From positions 28,954,001-29,018,000 of the forward strand of contig OX597815.1 of NCBI GenBank assembly GCA_951406725.2: 64,000 nucleotides of DNA, written 5' to 3'. The position numbers were made by a program, and so were the translations under genes. The notes beneath the pieces were generated by a model. The model saw only the letters and a program-made list of their open reading frames with translations, searched no databases and had not been told where the DNA came from. Of the stretch, positions 54,560 through 64,000 are shown in pieces; within the stretch, counting starts at the first letter, position 1, and each line of letters opens with the position of its first letter. Origin of the DNA: Octopus vulgaris (taxonomy: Eukaryota).

Positions 54560-55890
54560 GTGGTCTTTCTGATTCCTAAGTCTGGGGTGTTTTACATCGC
54601 CACTCCTGTAGCTTATCCGCTGCACTGTTTCAATCTTTTTAGTCCAGGCGGCTGAGAACAAAGGTTCTCCACAGGGTCAACATAATTTCTTGGTCTCGTT
54701 TCTTGAAGAACCTCAGTATCCATCCTTCCAGTTGACTGCACTTCGCTACCATATTGGTAATGTGCATATAAAATGATGCGTCATTACACACACTGATCCC
54801 CAAGTCTTTCACTGCCTGTGACTGTGATTGTAGTGCCTTCTGGTCCTGTATATGCATGCTGTAGTGCATTCGTGAGCTGATAGTGCAGTGCTTGAAATTT
54901 TCCAGCATTAAACTGCATGTTGCTTATTTCGACCCACTTGCATATCAAATTCAGGTCCCGCTGTAAGCTTGCGACGTCACCTTGGGTTTTTATTGACTGT
55001 GATAATTATGTATCATCGGCATAGCTAGTGACAGTGGCTTTCCGAGTGACCGTGAGCATGTCCAAGAGGGCTATTATGAACAGTAATTGCTCCAAAACAG
55101 TTCCCTGGGGGACGCCACTTAGGATTTAAGTTTCCTCAGAAAGGACACCATTGGTTGCAACTACCTGACTTCTGTCTTTAAGGAAGTCATGCAGCCACTC
55201 TCCCAGTTTATCAGTAATGTTAAGGTCTTGTAGTTTATGAGATATCATACCATAATCTACCTTATCAAATGCCTTTAAAAAGTCAAAGTATATCACGCTG
55301 ACAGCTGAATGTTCAAGCAGCTGTTTCAAAACCTAGTCATAGTGCTGTAGGAGTTGTGTGAGGCAGCTTCTTTCTAGATGGAAGCCATGTTGTGTATTGT
55401 TCAGTAGGTTATTTCCTTCTAGGAATATCATCAACTTCTTCTTTCTGATGATTCGCTCGATGACTTTACTGATATATGAAGTGAGATAGGTTGGCCTGTA
55501 GTTTTAGGCCTCTGCTCTGCTTCCACCAAGGTGGATAGGGCATATAATGCCTTCTTTCATCTTTTTAGGAAGTTTACCACTTGCAAGGAAACTTTGGGAA
55601 AATATCTGAAGTGGTTTCGCTAAAGGCCGCTTACATGACTTCAGGGGAATAGCTGGGAAGCCATCAGGACCATTTGCGGAGCATGAGCTTATTTCATCTA
55701 TGGCTGCTGTTACATCTGTCTCCTCAATGTTGTTGCAATCGATAGTTAGCATCTCCTTTTTTAGAGCTGCAATATCAAAGAATTCAGCCGGGTTTTTTAT
55801 TTGCATGTGTCCAAGGGGGTAAGGAGTGAAAACACCTTTAAATTGTCCACTGAGTATCTCAATTATCCTTCCTGGGTCCGCACAATTTCC
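54560..55890 (-). mobile_element. CR1/L2-like LINE reverse transcriptase pseudogene
   Basis: ANGPDGFPA, IYFDFLKAFDKVD, SGVPQGTVL, YADDT, VKDLG and VLSRLD motifs, with stops. Confidence 0.9.
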
Positions 55891-56049
55891 GGCACCCAAA
55901 TACCCCTCAAAATATATTGGTCATTCCGAAGGTATGGTGAAAGATCTTGCTCAAGGTACCACCCGGTGAAATCAAACCCGAAACTACCTTGTTGCATAAC
56001 GAACTTCTTAATCGTGTAGCCATGCCTAGATGCATACGTTATTTTCTGT

Positions 56050-56583
56050 CTTTTTTCTTTTATTAGTTTCAGTCACTGGATTGCAGTTACGGTGGGGTAC
56101 CGCATTAGGGGGACGTAAACAAAACAATGTTGGTTTTCAAGTAGTTTGGAGCACATGCACACACACTAAAAATTCACACATATATATATTTCTTTATTGC
56201 CCACAAGGGGCTAAACATAGAGGGGACAAACAAGGACAGACAAACGGATTAAGTCGATTACATTACCCCAGTGTGTAACTGGTACTTTATTTATCGACCC
56301 CGAAAGGATGAAAGCAAAAGTCGACCTCGGCGGAATTTGAACTCACAACGTAACGACAGACAAAATACGGCTACGCATTTCGCCCGGCCTGCTAATGTTT
56401 CTGCCAGCTCACCGCCTTATTCACACATATACATGCGGTCTAAAAAATTTGCTCACAAAACAATGGTCGGCCCGGGGGGTTATAGTAGAAGATACTTGCC
56501 GAAGATCTACGCGATGGGACCAAACCCGTGACTATGTGGTTGTAAAATGGACTTCCTAACCACAAAGTCATGCCTCCGCCTTT
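56050..56583 (-). mobile_element. Diverged SINE A containing a nested SINE B (56185-56418)
   Basis: SINE B flanked by TSD ATTCACACATATA (56172-56184, 56419-56431) inside the SINE A microsatellite. Confidence 0.75.
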
Positions 56584-56610
56584 ATAGGAAATACTTTGAA
56601 AGTTTTGTTA

Positions 56611-56992
56611 TAGGTGCAGCCGTGGCTGTGCAATAAGAAGTTTGCTTCCCAGTCACATGGTTCCGGGTTCAATCCCAATGCGTGTCACCTTCGGCAAGTA
56701 TTTCTACAATAGCCTCAGGCTGACCAAACCTTGTGAGTGGATTTGGTGGACGGAAATTGAAAGACGCCCGTTGTATATATGTGGGCGTGTGGGTGTGTCT
56801 TAGCGATTGTGTTTGTCCCTCACCACCGCAAATCTACTGGTGTTGGTATGCTTACGTCTCCATAAATTAGCGGTTCGGCAATAAGAGACCGATAGAATAA
56901 GTACCAGGTTTATAAAACGATTCGGTCGACTAAAAATTCTCCAAGGAGGTGCCCCAGCATGGCCGCAGGCTAATGACTGAAGCGAGGAAAGA
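56611..56992 (+). mobile_element. SINE A, diverged, head-to-head with the previous copy
   Basis: GTGGCTGTG...CATGGTTCCGGGTTCAATCCC...CCAGCATGGCCGCAG. Confidence 0.8.
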
Positions 56993-57044
56993 TATATAGA
57001 AAAGCTTTGAAAATATTTTAAATAAACAAGTAGCTATATGTACA

Positions 57045-57112
<68 letters not shown>

Positions 57113-57422
57113 AAGACGGAGATGTACCCTCCTGACACAAGTCCGGGCAGCAAGACCAGCAGTCGCCTGCATACCGGCCTACCCTCTCCACGCCACCAGT
57201 GTTATCAAGGAAACAAGGCCAATACAGCTTGGCACCTGTGACGTCGCACTGATCTGAGATCGTGTGCTGGAACACAACACGCAAAGCTCACAATTGATCA
57301 GCTGACGCTCTAACCACTGGCCAAGGTGTTTATAAGCCATTTAACGAGAACAATTGCAGCGTGGAAAATAAGCCGTTAGAAACACACAAAACCGTTAGAT
57401 TCACTTCAACATTTAAATTAAA

Positions 57423-57473
57423 TTTGTCAAAATATTTTCGTCGCTTTGAGACCGCGACCTGTTCACTGACAAA
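57423..57473 (-). ncRNA. Minimal type I hammerhead with G3-C8 swapped core
   Basis: tttgtca-GTGAACA-g-GTCGC ggtctcaaa GCGAC-GAAA-ATAT-TT-tgacaaa; perfect 7-bp stem I and 5-bp stem II. Confidence 0.75.
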
Positions 57474-57786
57474 ATTCTGTGCTGCACATATGTACTTGAT
57501 TTTGGTGTACTTACCAAAATCAAAAGCAGTAATTTTTAATTTATATTTCAAACAAACACCATTTTCCCATATTCCTTCATAAATTTTTTTTTTAAACTAC
57601 CATTCGTCAAATTATACAAATTTCACATTTGATATTACTGAAGAGAAGAAGAGTTATCTATAAATGCTTATCAATATAGGATTCCATTATTCTATATTAT
57701 CTAAATCTATGAACTATATTTGGAATATTTTTCATATGCTTGCCACTGATAAAAATTTTTAATAAAATTTAATCCTTATGTTAGAA

Positions 57787-57817
<31 letters not shown>

Positions 57818-57850
57818 TGTATGTATGTATGTATGTATGTATGTATGTAC

Positions 57851-57909
<59 letters not shown>

Positions 57910-57914
<5 letters not shown>

Positions 57915-58092
57915 AGAGTTTACGAAAAAAAAACAAAAGACGAAGACAGGTGGTGTACAAAACAAACAGATGTATTAGTATAACGCTCAGGAATAGAAAA
58001 AGTCTTTTACGTTTCGAGCTTACGCTCTTCTACAGAAAGGGACACAGAAAAAACAGGGAGAGAAAAAAAATGTGTGTAGTGGCTAACGATCT
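57910..58092 (-). mobile_element. ~190-bp HHR-containing element, copy 3
   Basis: Minus strand cttt-CTGTAGA-A-GAGC gtaa GCTC-GAAA-CG-TA-aaag at 58004-58039. Confidence 0.75.
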
Positions 58093-58124
58093 ATCTAACT
58101 GCTAACACGTGGTTTTGTCAATAA

Positions 58125-58345
58125 GTATCTGGACTGTTGCTATAGTAACAAAGCTAAAGTACGCAGTGTAAAGTTACTTCGTACAGATTGACCTTAAACT
58201 CTGCTGTGCATGCTCACTAAAATTTGACGTTCTAACTCACGTACGCTGCTTACAGCAGTACTTGGAAGTAACGTGTGTAGCGTGGGATCGTTCGCATTGG
58301 CTATGGCAGAGAAAGTTGAGCAGAGAGTCTGCATCAAATTTTTTC
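58125..58345 (+). mobile_element. Mariner 5' fragment
   Basis: ATG at 58303 gives MAEKVEQRVCIKFF, a typical mariner transposase N-terminus. Confidence 0.6.
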
Positions 58346-58429
58346 CTAATTTATAAGTACAAGTTTATAAGTACAAATACGATTATGAACGTGTGATAGT
58401 TTAAGTCGAGGGGAAGAAGAAGGTGATGG

Positions 58430-58490
<61 letters not shown>

Positions 58491-58864
58491 GATTAACAAG
58501 AATAATAATTACAACAGAGAAGGCAAGTGAGTAAAATATGATGATAGCGGTAGAGTGTTTCATGATATTAAAAATTATTACTCATGTAAGTTAAATCGTC
58601 TTATGTACAGTCACCACCCCTGTCTCACCCAACGTACGCCGTCCCCATTTTTTTTTTATTGATGCCTTTCTAAGTACCTGTCTAAATTACCATTAACACA
58701 AGTCTGCAGAGAGAACACGTTGTTAATCTACCTTGGCTGTTTCATCTCTGCCTTCTCTCTCACTCTAAGATCAAACTCTCCAGTTTTCATTAAATCCCAA
58801 ACATCTTCGAAGATATCTATGTATCCATATGCAAATGTTAGTGTGCGTGCGTGTGTGTGTGTGT

Positions 58865-58919
<55 letters not shown>

Positions 58920-59029
58920 CATTGGTTTCTTTGAATCTATATATCTATTGGTCTTTATGTATCAACTGTATGTATGTGTGTATATTTGTATGTGCTTATG
59001 TATTTGTAGACATACATATACATACCTTG

Positions 59030-59066
<37 letters not shown>

Positions 59067-59081
59067 GCATGTGTGTATGTT

Positions 59082-59113
<32 letters not shown>

Positions 59114-59177
59114 TGTCTAAGTATGTATGTACGTATATATGTATCTATCTATCCATATATATATACACACACATATA

Positions 59178-59273
<96 letters not shown>

Positions 59274-59426
59274 TGTGTACTCGGTCGGCTTACACTACAC
59301 TTTCTCTTGCCATTCACGTCAAAATCATATCTGAAAATAGCTTGATATGAATGACTTAAGGGTAATTTTTTTTTCTCCACATTTTACTAGACACGTACAA
59401 ATATGCAGACCTGTACACACACACAG

Positions 59427-59460
<34 letters not shown>

Positions 59461-59684
59461 TAATATAGCTCAAAGCGACAAATAAACAACACATGTTTAC
59501 TTTAACAACCCTTCCACTAGGAATGGCACCTCCTCAGTTGAACCAAAGTACAAGTATTGCGTTTCAACATTCTTTCAGTGTATCATTGCATTTTGTCTTC
59601 TAGCTTCTTTTCGCTTTATTATTGTTGAATGTTTGCGCTGTTGTTGGCATTTTTTTTATAAGGGATTTGTTTTCTGATGTTGAA

Positions 59685-59731
<47 letters not shown>

Positions 59732-59989
59732 TTCACTTTAATTGCATTTCCTAAGTATTCATCTCATGCATCGTAAGCAAACATAGAAACACACGACTTC
59801 GTATTAATGCCAACATGTAAATAAATGAGTGAGCATATTTTGTGTATGTATCTGCGCATATAGTGTAAGTGTGTGTATGTGTGTGTGCGTGTATGTGTGC
59901 ATGTGTGCGCGCGTGTGTGTAAGAGTGAATCTGTGTATTTAGATTAGTTTTAGACAATATTTTGTGCCTAAGTAGCTGAAATTTTGCAT

Positions 59990-60085
59990 AACAACATAGC
60001 TTTTGGAGGAGAAGGTAAAAAAGGCGTTGCGAAATTTTGTCTGATGTCTACTATAAACCCGAGCAGGACCGGATATTGGTTGCTA
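59990..60085 (+). mobile_element. Helitron-like 3' end
   Basis: CCCGAGCAGGACCGG hairpin remnant followed by CTAG. Confidence 0.45.
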
Positions 60086-60139
60086 GGATACACACACACA
60101 CATACATAAATACACACACACATACGCACACATATATTA

Positions 60140-60516
60140 GAAAGAGTGAATAGGCAAACATGTGGTATCATTTAGAGCATGGAATTTATAATTCTAACAT
60201 AATTGTACATTTATTAGAGTAAAAGGTATCATAAGGTATCTTATCAGCTGTTTCTAGAATAGCTGTGCATATGGTGCAAATCTTAGCAAGCAAATATTTC
60301 CATATATAAGCCAATTATACCGTCTTCAGCGAGGAAGAATTAAGGAATATTCTCAATAAAGGATATTAGTCGCTACCAGTCCCGTCGTCCAGCTATTCTA
60401 GAAACAGCTGTAAGGGACTTTATGATACCTTTTTCTCTAACATCTCTACAATTATGTTTGAATTATAAATTCCATGCTCTAATGTGATAGCAGCTGTTTT
60501 GTCTGTTCATTCTTTC
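60140..60516. repeat. Fold-back repeat (Penelope pLTR-like) with HHR motifs on both strands
   Basis: ~125-bp inverted arms; minus strand CTGAAGA...GAAACAGCTG; plus strand GAAACAGCTGTA at ~60401. Confidence 0.75.
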
Positions 60517-62311
60517 CTTCGAATATATATCTGCCACTCAATGATAAAAACCACTTGCAGCTAGTTATTGACAGGAGACTACACCACTCTTTCAGGGTCG
60601 ATGTATTAAAATATCAGTCAAGTACTGGGATCGATGGAATCCACTAATTCCTCTCTTCAAAATATCTGACCTTGTATCTAAATCAGAAAGAATTACTATT
60701 TTTAATTTAAGAATGAAGAATGTATCCATAACTTTTCATGCATTTTTCTAGATAAAGAGATATGCATAATTGATCAGTTTCGATTTTTTTAAGTTTAAAA
60801 ATTAGAGAAAAACATCGCATCTAGAAAAAGAAGTGGAAATATTTGTATGTATGGGGTCTAGGGGGTTAGAAGAAATAGGGATGGAGGGAAATGGTGAATT
60901 CAAAATCAAAACAAGGTTTAGATGGGATAAACAAGTCAGCATAATCTGATGGACAGTGGCCATTGTTATTATGAAAGAAGCGGGGGGGAAATAAATAAGG
61001 CTTATTGATGAAGCAGCGGTTGAAGATCGTCGAGAATTTAGATTTGTATGAAAAAGAAACTCACTCGTGTAAAGCAGTATTAATGAATAGGCGCTTGATT
61101 ATATTGATATGTCACCAAGAGGTAATAATTTGGATGTCTCAGACAACGTTTATACTTATATATTAGCTAGGTTCATTTTAATGTCCCCCGTTTCAGTTAT
61201 CGATTGATACCGCTGAAGATATTGCCACGGATGGTAAAATGTGTTCATTTTCAAGTTAAGGATTTCTGGTTCCATATCTTATTCTTCTAAGTTTAAATTT
61301 TGTTCGTTTTTACCTGATTAAAGTCAATGGAAATAAATGCCAGTAATAAGTATCTTCCTATGTACTACATTATTCTATATTCAAACCCAACTCGGGTGTG
61401 TTCTATTCAAATTTAACAAAAAAAAAAAAGACACTTTCGATTGACACGCTTTCACCTCTACACCATCCACTCAGAATTTGTTTTCTAATCTACCTCCTGT
61501 TTGTTCTGGATTAAGAGAAGCCATTTTTCTAATCAGAAAAATACATTAAATTAGTTCTAAGTGTTTACTTACTTTAAAGCTAAAAATATATATATTATGA
61601 CCCTTACTTATCTTAGTACTAAGGCAGTCTATTTTAGTTTCGTATGTCCCACTTTCTACATATATTTGTACACTAGACTTAAAACCAATAAAATACCATG
61701 CAAACGATTATAGGAAAAGTTGATTAATTTTATTTTGCCATTTGCTAAGTTCTGTGTTAATATTTATAAGAATAATACTTTCCTTTTTCACCTACCTTCT
61801 ATTTCTATCAGACTCCATCCCAAACAGCATAAGAAATACGATCTACAATATAGAATTAGGTAAGATATATTTATGGCACCAGTAGAGTAGAAGACTACAG
61901 TATCAACTGAAATTATAGGAAAGCGTACAACACAGCCAACTGTTTTCTGAAATCCTATGCTGTTCATTTAACCCCACTAATTATCAAGCTATTTCAATAG
62001 TCTTAGATATTTATGGACACATGCCGATATGATTACATACTAAATGAAATTAATACCTCAAGCACTACAGGTTACCATTGCATTCTCAAATCACAATAGT
62101 ATCGTTTATGATATTAGGACCGTTTTGAGGTAGACACAGACAAGTTTTGAGGAATTTTAAACGTATAACTTCATAGGTTTCTGTTGCCGGTATTTATTTC
62201 ATTGATCCTGGAGAGCTAGAAAACCAAACCCAACTGAGACGGGATTTGAACTCAGAAAGTAGAAATTTGCAATTAAATGCTGTAAAGTCAAATAATCTAG
62301 TTATTTGTATC

Positions 62312-62547
62312 TATTTCTTTACTACCCACAAGGGGCTAAACACAGAGGGGACAAACAAGGACAGACAAACGAATTAAGTCGATTACATCGACCCAGTGCG
62401 TAAATGGTACTTATTTAATCGACCCCGAAAGGATGAAAGGCGAAGTCGGCCTCGGCGGAATTTGAACTCAGAAACGTAACGGCAAACGAAATACGGCTAT
62501 GCATTTCGCCCCCGGCGTGCTAACGTTTCTTCCAGCTCGCTGCCTTA
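62312..62547 (-). mobile_element. SINE B with 13-bp TSD
   Basis: TSD AGTTATTTGTATC at 62299-62311 and 62548-62560. Confidence 0.9.
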
Positions 62548-62979
62548 AGTTATTTGTATCATGTCGCGCCTGCTACCTTATATAATAATCTGTCTGCATC
62601 AGCCCTGAGCCCATGTGTGCGTATGTGGGGGGATATTGATTGCTATCAGAACGGCAACCTTTTGTAAGTTTCGCCTGTCATTTACAGGTGTATGTCGCCA
62701 CACCTAGATAGATGATTGCTATCTCTGTATAGAGAAAATTTTGATGAGAGCGCACATTTACTCATTGTATTGACAAGTGTTTTGATGAGATTTACGACAG
62801 ATGTCTCTTCCTAAAGTTATTCAAGTGCACAACTGACCGATACCTCTCACAAAGTAATAATCTGACTTCCACCATAATCCGTTTTCATTTCGATGCTTTG
62901 TACCCGCTTCAAGATACTGCTCTTATGCTTGAGAAAGGTATGACTATCACAACTTCTTGTTTAGAAATTAGATTTATAA

Positions 62980-63042
<63 letters not shown>

Positions 63043-63044
63043 TA

Positions 63045-63452
63045 CTCTTTTATTTGTTTTATTCATGCGACTGTGGCCATGCTGGAGCACCGCCTTTAGT
63101 CGAGCAAATCGATGCCAGGACTTATTCTTTGTAAGCCTAGTACTTATTCTATCGGTCTCTTTTGCCGAACCGCTAAGTTACGGGGACGTAAACACACCAG
63201 CATCGGTTGTCAAGCGATGTTGGGGGGGACAAACACAGACACACACACACACACACACACACACATATGTATACATATACACATATACGATGGGCTTCTT
63301 TCAGTTTCCGTCTACCAAATCCACTCACAAGGCTTTGGTCGGCCCGAGGCTATAGTAGAAGACACTTGCCCAAGGTGCCACACAGTGGGAATGAACCCGG
63401 AACCATGTAGTTCGTAAGCAAGCTACTTACCACACAGCCACTCCTACGCCTA
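63045..63452 (-). mobile_element. SINE A
   Basis: Full copy. Confidence 0.9.
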
Positions 63453-64000
63453 TTTGTGTATCTAAACACACACATATGTATATATATGTGTGTACATATA
63501 AACACACAGATATGTATATATAAACACATACACACACATATATATACAAACATACACACACACACTCACGCACATATAAATATAAAGGAAAAATAAGGAT
63601 AATCGCAAGTTTATATTAAAGTTCCATTTCCCTACATTTGCTCTGTAGCTCACAACTAGTAATACTGCTAAGTGTAGTAGGGTAATCAACAACTATACAG
63701 AGGGCAGACTGGATTATGAAAATCTATATGGGGCTCTGAATATAACAGCAGCATTTGTACATCCACATGTACACATAATTTCATATGCGCCAGCGCGTGT
63801 GTGTGTCTGTGTCTGCGGTTGTGTGTGTGTGTAGATATTTCTCTTTTCACCCATCCTTATCTTGTTTGTCCACTGACCTATTCAGTCGTGCTCTCTTGGG
63901 TTCTCGCTTTAGCATTTACCCACCAGCCCTTGACTCGCCTTATTTTTCCACCTTTCTTTCTATCTCTCAATTTTCCTCTTCTAGTCCAATAGGACATCAT

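Noticed and set aside
58351-58563. Poly-His ORF
   Set aside because: Translation of a (GAT)n/(GGT)n microsatellite

Overview
AT-rich, microsatellite-dense eukaryotic DNA whose SINE families and repeat landscape look like an Octopus/coleoid cephalopod intergenic or intronic region (inference from repeat types). No intact host gene is recognisable; nearly all listed ORFs are microsatellite or SINE artefacts. The window is a mosaic of transposable elements: four tRNA-derived SINE families, two decayed full-length mariners, five copies of a ~425-bp TIR element with 8-bp TSDs and internal TTAGGG repeats (Merlin-like), non-autonomous Helitrons, a hAT MITE, and decayed CR1-like, RTE, R4/Dong and Penelope-like retroelements. 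The main hidden signal is about a dozen minimal type-I hammerhead-ribozyme (HHR) motifs from at least seven unrelated sequence families. Each has a short palindromic stem III (dimer-type), several lie inside fold-back repeats, and some show apparent compensatory changes at the catalytic 3-8 tertiary pair (C3-G8, G3-C8, U3-A8). All structures were read by eye and none is computationally or biochemically verified.
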